NCBI GenBank assembly: GCA_963815195.1 | Contig: CAWFGE010000013.1 | Location: 960,001 to 1,024,000 of the forward strand | From: an uncultured Planctomycetaceae bacterium | GTDB taxonomy: Bacteria; Planctomycetota; Planctomycetia; Planctomycetales; Planctomycetaceae | Length of the DNA stretch: 64,000 nt | Reading direction: 5' to 3' | Shown: positions 42,050 through 51,666 of the stretch, piece by piece | How positions within the stretch are numbered: the stretch's first letter is position 1 | Layout of the letters: the number at the start of each line of letters is the position of its first letter | Program-made: the position numbers and the translations under genes | Notes under the pieces: model-generated | The model's input: the letters and a program-made list of their open reading frames with translations, nothing else | What the model was told of the DNA's origin: nothing | Database searches by the model: none

Positions 42050-42926
42050 TCAACCGGCGGCGGCGCGGCCGAGCCAGCGGTAGCGGACGATCGCATCGAG
42101 CGAGATCCAAAGTTTCCGCCAGCGGGGCAGCCGGACTCTTTGGGAATACACATCGAAATGCCGGCGTTCGATCTCGTCCAACAACCCGCCATAGATGCGG
42201 AGCATCGCCGCGTAGATCGGTTTGCCCGCCGGTTGCAAATGGGCAAACAACCGCCCGGTGCTCGCATAGTATTCCCGCGCGGGCGACCTCGAATTGCATT
42301 AAGTCCTGGAACCGCTCGTCCCGGCAGTGGGCGGCGATGTCGCTGGAATCGTAATCGAACCGGCGGAGATCTTCGCGGGGCAAATAGACCCGGCCCATGA
42401 GGGCGTCTTCGCCCAGATCGCGGAGGATGTTCGTCAACTGAAACGCGCAGCCGCAATCCACCGCGAGCGGGATCGCCTCCTCGCCCTCAAAACCCCAGAC
42501 GTGAATGCAGCAAAGTCCCACGGCCCCGGCCACGTGGTAACAATAGTCCGCAAGCTCCGCGAAGGTCTCGAAGCCTTTGGGATCCAAATCCATTTCGACG
42601 CCGGCGATCACGGCCTGGAGATACTTCGCCGGGATCTGATGCCGGGCCACCAGATCGGCCAAAGCGGGGAACACGGGATGATCGGCCGATCCGCCGGCGA
42701 GGGCTGTTTCGAGGTCGTCCCGCCACTTCACCAACGCGGCCCGGCGTTCTTCCACCGAGCGATCCAGATCGTCGCCCAAATCATCCGAGACCCGCATGAA
42801 CGCATACAAAACGCACATGTCCCGCAACCGGTCCGCCGGCAGCGTGAGAAACGAAAAATAAAAATTCCCGGCCGTGCGCTTGGTGAGGGACTTGCACCAG
42901 GCAATCGACTCGTCCAGTTCGTTCAT
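42050..42926 (-). CDS. hpnD: Presqualene diphosphate synthase HpnD (phytoene/squalene synthase family; frameshift near 42280)
   Basis: NFYFSF, YAFMRVSDDLGD, YCYHVAGAVG, FQLTNILRDLGED, GRVYLP. Confidence 0.88.
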
Positions 42927-42946
42927 GGCGGGTGGCTTAGATGGTC

Positions 42947-43891
42947 TTAATCCTGTTGAAGGACGCGTTTCGGCATGAGCCGGCGTTTGCCGCTCTGGAG
43001 GACGCAACCGAAGAACAGCTTCGTGGCGTCCCACTTCGTGACGACCGGCCGCGTTTCCCAGACACGATAACCGATTCGCTCGATTCGCTCCAGAATCTTG
43101 AGGCCCCCGCGGGCGAACAATTCGATATCGACTTGCAATCGGCCCGGCAAGTTGGGGATCAAAGGCAATCCCGCTTCCAAAAACTCGCGGGCCCGTTCGA
43201 CTTCAAACCGCATCAGCTCCAAAAACGCCGGGTTCGTGACGCGGTTCTGTAAATCCTCCCACGCATAGCCGAAACGCGCGCAGTCTTCCTTGGGCAGATA
43301 CACCCGGCCGATGTCCAGATCGCGGTTCACGTCCTGCCAAAAGTTCGCGAGTTGCAGTCCCGTGCAGATCGAATCCGACCAGGCGACGTTTTGCTCTTCG
43401 TACTGCCGGCAGAGATACAATACCAATCGGCCCACCGGGTCGGCGGAACGCCGGCAGTAATCCCGGAGATCGGCGAACGTCTCGTACCGGGTGACTCGCT
43501 GATCCTGCTCGAACGCGGAGAGCAAATCTTCAAAGGGCTTCGCGGGGATTTCAAATTCGCCGATCGTTTTCGAGAGGGCGACGAACACCGGATGCCGGCA
43601 TTCCCCCGCATAACACGCCGCGAGCTCCTCCCGCCACCACGCGAGCAATTCCAGCGAACGGGCCGGGTCGCCCACTTCGTCACCCAAGTCGTCCGACCAT
43701 CGGCAATAGGCGTAAACGTTGTAAAAGTGCTGGTGCAGATCCTTGGGCAACAGCCACGACACGAGCGGAAAGTTCTCGTAATGTGTCGTGGCGAGTTTCG
43801 CGCAGTATTCCTCGGCCGCCTGCAGCGAAGGCGATTCGTGCGCGGTGCCGGGACCAAAACGCGTCAGGTCTTCACGGAAGGAAGTGGCCAT
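42947..43891 (-). CDS. hpnC: Squalene synthase HpnC
   Basis: HYENFPLVS, YAYCRWSDDLGDE, YCRRSADPVGRLVL, LQLANFWQDV. Confidence 0.92.
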   Translation of the reverse strand: MATSFREDLTRFGPGTAHESPSLQAAEEYCAKLATTHYENFPLVSWLLPKDLHQHFYNVYAYCRWSDDLGDEVGDPARSLELLAWWREELAACYAGECRHPVFVALSKTIGEFEIPAKPFEDLLSAFEQDQRVTRYETFADLRDYCRRSADPVGRLVLYLCRQYEEQNVAWSDSICTGLQLANFWQDVNRDLDIGRVYLPKEDCARFGYAWEDLQNRVTNPAFLELMRFEVERAREFLEAGLPLIPNLPGRLQVDIELFARGGLKILERIERIGYRVWETRPVVTKWDATKLFFGCVLQSGKRRLMPKRVLQQD

Positions 43892-43986
43892 CCGTCGGCT
43901 GGGGGCTTTCTCTTTGGTGGGCGTTTAGACATTTCGCTCCCCACACTTTAGCGAGATCCCCCCGAACCTGGTACCGCCGCGCACCG

Positions 43987-44014
43987 ATTAGCCGGAGGGC
44001 GCTAGCCCCGGTTT
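43987..44014. repeat. REP-like unit (GGGCTAGCGCC family)
   Basis: attagccggagggcgctagccccggttt. Confidence 0.8.
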
Positions 44015-44050
44015 TCGTGGGCGAAGTGGAGTCAGCACGTTCCGTCCGAG

Positions 44051-45327
44051 TCACTTGGCTTCCGCGTGGAAGGGATCCGACATCGAATTGCGGAGCGCGA
44101 CGAGTTCCCGCTCGGCTTTGAGGCCGGCGATGTATTCTACATCCGCCGCAATCCGGCCGCGGCGGTCGCGGGTTTGATCCGCCAGCGTTTGCAGTTGTTC
44201 GAGATCGCCCGCATGCGAGGCCATCGTCTTGGGCGAAGCGAACTCTTTGAGATCCCGGGCTTGGTCGTACACCGACTGGCGATTCGCCCAGGTCCGAGCC
44301 AGGTCGAACAACCCGGCCGTGCCCTGGCTGTAAAACGTCTTTTGGGTTTGGAACAACGAGGTGAGCTCGGTTTGAGCCGATTCCAAAGCCGTCCGCCGGG
44401 CTTCGTTGTTTCCATTGATCAGGCCCAAGATCGCATCGGCCTGGGCCACTTCGTAGCGGACTTCATGCAGCTTGTCCTGGCGGCCGATCCCCGCATCGTC
44501 CCGGGACCAGCGGCCGACCTGCTCGGCCATCCCCGCCAGTTGGTTCCGGTAGCCTTCGAACGCCGTGCGGAACTCGGCCGCGGTGGGATTTCGTGGAAGG
44601 GCGTCCAAACTGGCCCGGCGTTCGAGCTGCTCCGCCTCGACGAGCGACTGGGGCGAGGCGATGCCCAGAGCGTTGTCGAATTGGCGATACTGCACGAGCC
44701 GATTCGCCCAGTCCGCCTGCTGATGGAGCGCGGCATTGACCGCTCCTTGATTTCCCGATTCGTAGGCGGCTTCCGCCTCCGCCCGCGCGAGATACACATG
44801 TGCCAAAGCCGCATCCCCCGCCCATCCCTCCGCGGCCGGCTGGCCGAATCGCTCCAACCGCTGGGCCACGTCTTGATACCGGGCCACTTCCTGGTTCACA
44901 AGGTCCTGCCGCGATCCGCCTTCCCCCAAGTCCACCAGCGACCGCCGCAAATTGTACGACAACGAAACCTGCCGCAAATAATCGTTCAAGGGCATCAACC
45001 CCCGGCGGAAGCTGTCCTCACTTTTGTCCGCCAGACTCTGAGCCAGTCCGCGGGTGTGGGCCAACTGCGCAGCGTTTCGGCCGTCGTGAGTTTGCGGGGC
45101 AATTTCAGCGGCGCGGCTTGCCCGCGCGGTTGGACCGCACGTTTGTCTTCATAAGGAATTCGCAGCGGCGATCCGGGAGCATTGTTCGCCGGCGCTTGAG
45201 CCCGTACCGGCAAAGTTCCCGCACTCGTCAGAATCGCGCAGACCGCGACAGTCAGCACAATGGGCCGCGACGAACCCCCGACTCGAATCCCGAAAAACCC
45301 TCGTGAAAGAAAAGCGAAATTGGGCAT
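44051..45327 (-). CDS. Exported all-helical hypothetical protein with TolC-like motifs (frameshift near 45065)
   Basis: Signal peptide in ORF 44995-45354; helical body in ORF 44051-45064 (SFRRGLMPLNDYL, LGIASPQSLVEA, FYSQGTAGLFDLAR). Confidence 0.6.
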
Positions 45328-45516
45328 GGCATGATCCCTGAATCGGACGAACAAACTTCCCTATTCATATATCACGACAAACCCAATGTCTATCCGCAGA
45401 CTTCTTGCGAGGATCTCCCCTCGGCGCGGAAAACGGCGTTCCGATCGTAGCGATTGAAACGATGAACGCGAAGCTGCGGCTTGCGGGTGCTTTGCGGACG
45501 GCCGGGTTTCGAGCGA

Positions 45517-46041
45517 TCAACCCGCCGCTTGCAACTTGACGATTTGAGCGAACATCACGAGCCACGTCGCCAATCCCACGGGAATGGCAAACGCCACCAT
45601 GTGACGAGGCTTGGGCCGAGGGCCGCCCTGTTCTGGCGGAGTTGTTTCTGCGGAGGTGCCTGCGGGTTTCCGGAACAAACGAAGAATGAACGACCCTGCC
45701 GCAGCCAGCCACACGAACACGACGCTAAGAAACAGCACCTGCAGCGTGAGCGAGGCTCCGAGCCAGACACCCAAGGCCCCCATCAATTTCACATCGCCCG
45801 CCGCGCCGCCGCCGAGCATCCACAGCAGAAACAGCGTCCCGAACCCCAACGCAAACGCGAGGCCGGCGTCCGTTAATCCCGGCCATCCGTGAAACGCGGC
45901 TTGATAGATCAACCCGGCGAAGAACGCGGGGATGGTGAGCACGTTCGGGATCCGCCGCTCTCGAAAATCCCACGCCATGGAAACCAGCGTCAGCACCGCC
46001 GTCGCGGCCAGCCACACCCAAACCTCCAGGTTGCCCTGCAT
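45517..46041 (-). CDS. cpaA: Prepilin peptidase A24 (CpaA/TadV)
   Basis: WDFRERRIPNVLT, GGGAAGDVKLMGALG, FAIPV. Confidence 0.9.
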   Translation of the reverse strand: MQGNLEVWVWLAATAVLTLVSMAWDFRERRIPNVLTIPAFFAGLIYQAAFHGWPGLTDAGLAFALGFGTLFLLWMLGGGAAGDVKLMGALGVWLGASLTLQVLFLSVVFVWLAAAGSFILRLFRKPAGTSAETTPPEQGGPRPKPRHMVAFAIPVGLATWLVMFAQIVKLQAAG

Positions 46042-46068
46042 CCGTCTGTCTCCCACGCAATGAAGTGA

Positions 46069-46965
46069 TTAAGGCACGGCGTTTTGTTTTTCGGGATCGC
46101 TCCGCGCGGTCTCGTTCATCGCCTGGCTTGCCGGACCGGAGGCGGGCTTCCTGACCGGTTGGATGACCGCGACCGGGGCGGTCATCTGATCGAGAACCCA
46201 CTCCGTCAGCGGCGCGACCAAGACCAAACACACAACAGGCAGCGTCCCCAGCAGAACGGGATACTTGCCCCAGCGGGAAACGCGCTCGGCTTGTTGAAAT
46301 GCCCGGCGGGACAGTGCGAGATGAATGGCATCTGCAAAGCTTCGCAAATCGTCAACGGAGATGTCCGCACGCCCGGTCAGCTCCTCGAATTGGTTTTGTA
46401 ACGACGCGGAGATTCGCGAAAGCACCTGTCCGAGGCTCGGCAAGATTTCCTTTTCCCCGGCCAACCAGGTCGGCGGCCTTTGGCTTCCGCGTTCCGCCGC
46501 GAGCTGAAACGCCGCTGCCAGGTCGCCCGTCTCCGCGACGAACAACGCGGCGAGTTCAAAATCATTCCCAAGCTGCCGAATCTCGGCCAAATCCAAACTT
46601 TGATTTTGAGCCGCCCGCAGCCACAGCATGCAACACGCGAGCGTGATCAACACCGCCAATCCGCACCCGCCCCAGAACCACGGCGAAACCGGCGGTGAAA
46701 TAATTCCCCAAGCGAAACAAGTAAACCCCGCCAACAGAGGAAGCAGCACGCGCGCCAAGCGGATGAGCGCGGGATCCCGGTTCCAAGGCAGAGCCGGGCT
46801 TTCGAGCGGCGAAGACGTTTTGGCGGGCGGGTCGTTGGAAGCCGCTTGCGAGCCCAGGCGTCTTCGCCGGTGAACCGTCCACATTCGAGCCGCGGCCAGC
46901 ACGCCCGCGGAAACCGCGAGGAACTGAACCAGCCAGACGGAAAAATCGTGAAAGATGTCCTGCAA
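46069..46965 (-). CDS. Divergent TadC-like (T2SS F family) membrane protein
   Basis: TM pattern; FELAALFVAETGDLAAAF; LRSFADAI...QAERVSRWGKYPVLL...LVAP; position after tadB. Confidence 0.55.
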   Translation of the reverse strand: MQDIFHDFSVWLVQFLAVSAGVLAAARMWTVHRRRRLGSQAASNDPPAKTSSPLESPALPWNRDPALIRLARVLLPLLAGFTCFAWGIISPPVSPWFWGGCGLAVLITLACCMLWLRAAQNQSLDLAEIRQLGNDFELAALFVAETGDLAAAFQLAAERGSQRPPTWLAGEKEILPSLGQVLSRISASLQNQFEELTGRADISVDDLRSFADAIHLALSRRAFQQAERVSRWGKYPVLLGTLPVVCLVLVAPLTEWVLDQMTAPVAVIQPVRKPASGPASQAMNETARSDPEKQNAVP

Positions 46966-47015
46966 TGTGATCTGCCCCTCTCAAGTCGCCGCCGTGATCC
47001 ACGCCGATCGTCCGC

Positions 47016-47665
47016 TCAATCCAGCACAGTCTCGGCTTCGTCCTGCTTTTGAAGGATGGAAACGAGCAGCACGGCCGAGACGATGATCACCCCCAACAGG
47101 GTGATTCCCACCGCCGTCGATGCGGTGCGGGAAAGGGACGTGAGCATCCCCGGAGGACGCCACAGAACGAGCGCGGTCAAGAACACCGGCCCGGTGAGCA
47201 GTACCGCCCGAATCCACAGCCGGGCCGACCGGGACGCGGCCGCGGTTTTCGCCTGGCCCGTTTGCCGATTTTGCCGCAGGAATTCCAGGCGCTCCAAACT
47301 GATTTGAAGCAGCTCCGGCCGGCCGGTTTCGGCGCCAACGCCGCCGCCAGGTATTGCGACTCGAAGCAAGGCAGCCGCGCGGCCAGCTCTTCCAAGACCG
47401 AGTCGCGGCCGGCTCCGCGTTCGATGGACTTTTGCAGTTGCCGAAACTCGCTGCGTGCGGGATAGGGGCCCAGGTCCGCGAGAATGCCGACGGCATCCTC
47501 AAACGAATGCCCTTCCCGATGCGTGTTCGCCAGGATGGTGAGCATTCCCCGAAACTGGCGGACGGCTTTCTCACGGCGGACTTGGAGAATGAGCAAATAT
47601 CCCACCCCAGCCAAACAGATTCCGCCGATCACGGTGATGCCCAACAGCAACGGGTCGTTTGCCAT
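47016..47665 (-). CDS. TadB-like (T2SS F family) protein (frameshift near 47340)
   Basis: QFRGMLTILANTHREGHSFEDA, PARSEF, ETGRPELL, KTAAASRSA. Confidence 0.65.
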
Positions 47666-47789
47666 TTTGAATCCTCCCCGAAACGTATTCGAAATGTTGG
47701 ACCCGCGCACGAAGTGTCAAAGCTGCTGCCGGATGTTTACGCCGGACAACAGGGATGTTTCCCTTTGGCATCGCCCCGAGCGGCCGGCC

Positions 47790-47978
47790 TCAGCAATTGA
47801 TGGCGTTGATGGCGTTCGCCAAATCCATCAGTTCGTTCACCAAGGCGCCGCGGACGCTTACCAACCCTACGATCACGCCGATACCCACAATTGTGAGCAG
47901 CAAGAGGTATTCCACGAAGACCGAACCCCGGCGTTTGGTTTGCGGTCTTCTCAAGTTCCCGAGTTTGCGACGAAACAT
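47790..47978 (-). CDS. flp: Flp-type (type IVc) pilin
   Basis: Basic leader, RRG|SVFVEY (G-1, E5, Y6), hydrophobic helix, 62 aa. Confidence 0.85.
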   Translation of the reverse strand: MFRRKLGNLRRPQTKRRGSVFVEYLLLLTIVGIGVIVGLVSVRGALVNELMDLANAINAINC

Positions 47979-48006
47979 GGCAGTCCCAGAAAAAGGTGAT
48001 TGGACA

Positions 48007-49689
48007 TCAAGGCATTTTCAGAATCGTTGGGGACTCTTGTCTTGCAACCGATGTGCCGATCTGTGAGGTTCCCGGAAAATCCACCCACCGCGGGAGGGCG
48101 GGGCTTCGTATCGGCCGGCCGACATTTCGCTCGATCACGTTCCGAAAGCGCGGAATATGCCGATTGAGATAAATCGCCGCCTGAGCGTCCCGGTAAACCT
48201 CAACCCAATCCTCACGCGTTTTGAGATACTTATCGGGCGGACTTTCCGCCGGAAGGAGCGCCAACTCCGTCGGATGGCCATCCAGAACCGCCGTTCGTTT
48301 CGTTTTCGGTTGGACCCGCTGCCAATCGAGAAACTCTTGTTCCAAGTTTGCGGGATACACCGTGCGATACCGGCCGTCGAACGCGACGCGGATGTCCGGG
48401 AACAGATGCCAGATCACGCACTGCCCCCAACCGTAATCCGTCACCAGGTTGCCCGTCAGCTTCTCCTCGCGGATGAAGCAGATCGCGTTCATCGGCATGC
48501 CCGGGACCTGGCTTTGGGTTTCGACGGCGATCTCTCCGAAAGCCATCCCGACTTTTCGCAACTCGCGCACCGACCGCCAATGCAAGACCCCCAGAAACCC
48601 AATGATGAGCACAACGCCCGCAATGCGAATCGGCCGCCGGCCTGGTTTCGACCACGCTTCGGTGAGCCGGGAAAACAAGCGATCGCAGCTCTCCGACAGC
48701 GCCGCCGGGAGTAAGATGAGCACGCCAATGGCCAACAGCGCCACATGCCGCAAATGCGAAACCGCCTGCCACGAGACGATGCCGAGCACGATCCAATCCA
48801 CGAGCCGCGTCTTGCGAAAGCCCGGCAAACTCAGCCCCATCAATAAAAACGGCACATAATACACGGGCGATTGGCGGGTCGCCCACAGCGGCTGCCATTC
48901 TCGGACGAACTGCTCGGTTCCCAGGTGCTGCCAGAGCATCGCATGCATCCGCCCGCCAAACGGATTCAGCCCCGTCGCCAGAATCGAAAACAGAAAAACA
49001 ACCGACAATACCCAGAGCCGGCGTCTTCCCAAGGGTTCCCGAAGGCCGAGCACGCCCGCGAACACGAACGCGGCCTGAATGCCCAGCCCCGCGAGAAAGC
49101 CGCCGTGATAATTCACCCACACCGCCGTCAGAATCGGCAAAACCCCAATGCTGCGGTTTCGGGGATCGTCCCAGAATCGGCGGAGCAATAACAACATCAC
49201 CGCGAACAACCCGAACGTCGCCAACTGCGGCCGGACGAAGACCACGAAATCCGCCAAACACTCCGCGGTGAGCACCAGCATTAACAGCCCGGCTCCCAAT
49301 CGGCAGCCGCTCTTGATCAATCCCCACCCCGCCGCCGACCACAGCACGAAGAGCCACAGATTCCGCCAGGCGACGAGGCCCGCACTTCCTTCATGCATCC
49401 ACAACCAGCCCAACTGCCATTCCGTGAGCCATTCGTGGTTCACCCACTCCGCCCCGTTTGCGGTATAGGAAAACGGATCGCTCCGCTCGGCCAGGACGCC
49501 CTGCTCGATGGCCCGCATGCCGTACAGCGTATGCCCCCACAAATCCGGATCTGCGATCGTGACGCCCATTAAAAACAGCAAGCTCGCAAGCCAGACCGCG
49601 CCCAATAACAGCCAAAACTCCAGGCCGCGTCGGACCGGCATTTGAGCGTCAAGATTCTGAGGAACCCGTGCGGGCAATGGGTTAAGCAT
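48007..49689 (-). CDS. Polytopic membrane protein, probable GT-C-fold glycosyltransferase (start uncertain)
   Basis: Many TM helices; acidic first-loop motif DPDLWGH; DPFSYT, HEWL, RPQL, WVNYHGGF, EWQP; soluble C-terminal domain YGWG...FDGR. Confidence 0.55.
   Translation of the reverse strand: MLNPLPARVPQNLDAQMPVRRGLEFWLLLGAVWLASLLFLMGVTIADPDLWGHTLYGMRAIEQGVLAERSDPFSYTANGAEWVNHEWLTEWQLGWLWMHEGSAGLVAWRNLWLFVLWSAAGWGLIKSGCRLGAGLLMLVLTAECLADFVVFVRPQLATFGLFAVMLLLLRRFWDDPRNRSIGVLPILTAVWVNYHGGFLAGLGIQAAFVFAGVLGLREPLGRRRLWVLSVVFLFSILATGLNPFGGRMHAMLWQHLGTEQFVREWQPLWATRQSPVYYVPFLLMGLSLPGFRKTRLVDWIVLGIVSWQAVSHLRHVALLAIGVLILLPAALSESCDRLFSRLTEAWSKPGRRPIRIAGVVLIIGFLGVLHWRSVRELRKVGMAFGEIAVETQSQVPGMPMNAICFIREEKLTGNLVTDYGWGQCVIWHLFPDIRVAFDGRYRTVYPANLEQEFLDWQRVQPKTKRTAVLDGHPTELALLPAESPPDKYLKTREDWVEVYRDAQAAIYLNRHIPRFRNVIERNVGRPIRSPALPRWVDFPGTSQIGTSVARQESPTILKMP
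48043..48058 (-). promoter_or_regulatory. sigma54 (-24/-12) promoter upstream of flp
   Basis: Minus strand reads cGGCACatcggTTGCa (GG-N10-GC), about 65 bp upstream of the flp ATG. Confidence 0.65.
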
Positions 49690-49941
49690 CGAAATTGATC
49701 ACGCAGGCGGGAGAGGAGAAATCGCCGAGTCTCTGCGAAAGTGTGGAATCAATTTCCGTGCCGGTGGGCCCCAAACGTCGAAAAACTTTCGAGAGGCAGT
49801 TCGCTTTTTGCGTAATGTTCCGGTCACTCACGCACGCCCGAGTTTGTCCGGGCGGCCGGGAGAGAGTCGCCGTTCGTCATGCGAACATAGCGGCCGGGCG
49901 GTGCCGCGGTCTTTTGGCTTAAAGGCCATCCACAAATGAAA

Positions 49942-50199
49942 TTAGCGGCGCTTTTCAGCCGCAATGGCTTTGCGGTCGTACTTTTGTGAGTAGTCAATCA
50001 AAACGATCTCGCATTGCGGGCAATTGTGCGCCTGAAAATATTCCCCCTTCCAAGGGAACAGATTCTTAAGTCCGGACCGGGCCAAGTCCGTGTCCTTGAA
50101 AATGAAGGACCGAAAGGCGTCGGCGTCGATCCACGATAGGGAACTATTCGCCGAGGAATATCCTTGGAGCATTTCACATTGGCACTTCGGGCACTCCAT
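49942..50199 (-). CDS. Small zinc-ribbon protein (DUF6487-like)
   Basis: MECPKC..EM..GY and CPQC pairs. Confidence 0.7.
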   Translation of the reverse strand: MECPKCQCEMLQGYSSANSSLSWIDADAFRSFIFKDTDLARSGLKNLFPWKGEYFQAHNCPQCEIVLIDYSQKYDRKAIAAEKRR

Positions 50200-50240
50200 G
50201 ATTTTTCTCGATCACAAAAGGTCTCGGCAGCAGATCGCCC

Positions 50241-51662
50241 TCACGCGAGGATTTCGCGGATCACGTGCCCGAAATCCTGGTCCAGGCGTTTGTGGCCGGG
50301 GATTTGCATCCGGTGGGATTCGAGGCCGAGCTGATGCAGAATCGTGGCGTGCACGTCGGTGACATAATGCGGATGCTCCACGGCGTGAAAGCCGATCTCA
50401 TCGGTCGCCCCGTGCGCGAGCCCGCCCTTGATGCCGCCGCCGGCCATCCACACGCTGAAGCCGTAGGGATGATGGTCCCGGCCGTCCGACCCTTGCGAAC
50501 CGGGCGTGCGGCCGAACTCGGTCGCGAACACGACCAGCGTCTCGTCCAACAGCCCCCGTCGTTTGAGGTCGGTGAGTAATCCCGCGATGGGCCGATCGAC
50601 CTGCTTCGCCAGCTCCGCGTGCCTCGCCTTCAGATTCGAATGCTGATCCCAGGCTCCCGCGGCCCCGGCTCCGTGCATGATCTGAATGAACCGCACCCCC
50701 TTCTCCACAAACCGCCGGGCCGCGAGCAATTGCTCCGCAAACGGGCGGGTTTCTTTTTGGTCGAAGCCGTAGAGCGATTGCGTGGCTTTCGTTTCCTCGT
50801 CGAAGCGGATCACGTCCGGCACCGAGGTCTGCATGCGATAGGCCAACTCATACGACTTGATGCGGGCCTCGAGGGCGGCATCGTTCGGATACCGTTTTTC
50901 ATTCAGCCGATTCAACCGCTTCACCAGGTCGAAACCCAGTTCTTGCTCGGCGGCCGACACCGGGCCTTCGGGCTTCGCATAATCCAGCGGGTTGTTGGGA
51001 TCGACTTTGAGCGTCACCGCATCGTAAGCCGGGCCGAGGTAATGCCCGTCCCGCACATCGAAATACCGCGGCCCCATGCTGATGAACTGCGGCAGATTCT
51101 CGTTGAGCGTTCCCAGGCCGTAATTGATCCAGGCCCCGATCGTCGGCACGCGGGGATCGAGCATGTGCCGGCCGGAATGAAACTGCACCTGGGCCCCGTG
51201 GTTGTCGTCGGTGGTCCACATCGAGCGGATCACCGCGATGTCATCGATCGACGAGCCGATGTGCGGAAACCAATCGCTGACTTCGATCCCGCTCTCGCCG
51301 TACTTCTTCGAGCCGACTTGCAGCGGATAGATCTTGTTCCGCTGCTGCCCGTTGGCGTCGTTGACCACGACCACGCGGACCTTTTTGAGCTTCTCCGGAT
51401 CCTGCACGTCCGCAAACGGCGTGTCGTTAATGGATTTGCCGGCGTATTTCGTCAAGGCGGGCTTGGGGTCGAAGCTTTCCATATGGCTCACGCCGCCCCG
51501 CATGAACAGCCAGATTACGCTCTTGGCTCGGGGCCTGAAATGCGGCTTGCCGTCCGGCGGCGTCCAAGTCTCCGCCGCGAACCCGTCGGATTCCAGAAGC
51601 GAAGCCAGCGCCAAACTGCCGAATCCCCATCCGGTCCGCGCTAAAAAATCCCGGCGTTCCAT
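50241..51662 (-). CDS. DUF1501 family protein (Tat)
   Basis: [54 protein letters not shown]. Confidence 0.93.
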   Translation of the reverse strand: MERRDFLARTGWGFGSLALASLLESDGFAAETWTPPDGKPHFRPRAKSVIWLFMRGGVSHMESFDPKPALTKYAGKSINDTPFADVQDPEKLKKVRVVVVNDANGQQRNKIYPLQVGSKKYGESGIEVSDWFPHIGSSIDDIAVIRSMWTTDDNHGAQVQFHSGRHMLDPRVPTIGAWINYGLGTLNENLPQFISMGPRYFDVRDGHYLGPAYDAVTLKVDPNNPLDYAKPEGPVSAAEQELGFDLVKRLNRLNEKRYPNDAALEARIKSYELAYRMQTSVPDVIRFDEETKATQSLYGFDQKETRPFAEQLLAARRFVEKGVRFIQIMHGAGAAGAWDQHSNLKARHAELAKQVDRPIAGLLTDLKRRGLLDETLVVFATEFGRTPGSQGSDGRDHHPYGFSVWMAGGGIKGGLAHGATDEIGFHAVEHPHYVTDVHATILHQLGLESHRMQIPGHKRLDQDFGHVIREILA

Positions 51663-51666
51663 GTCG

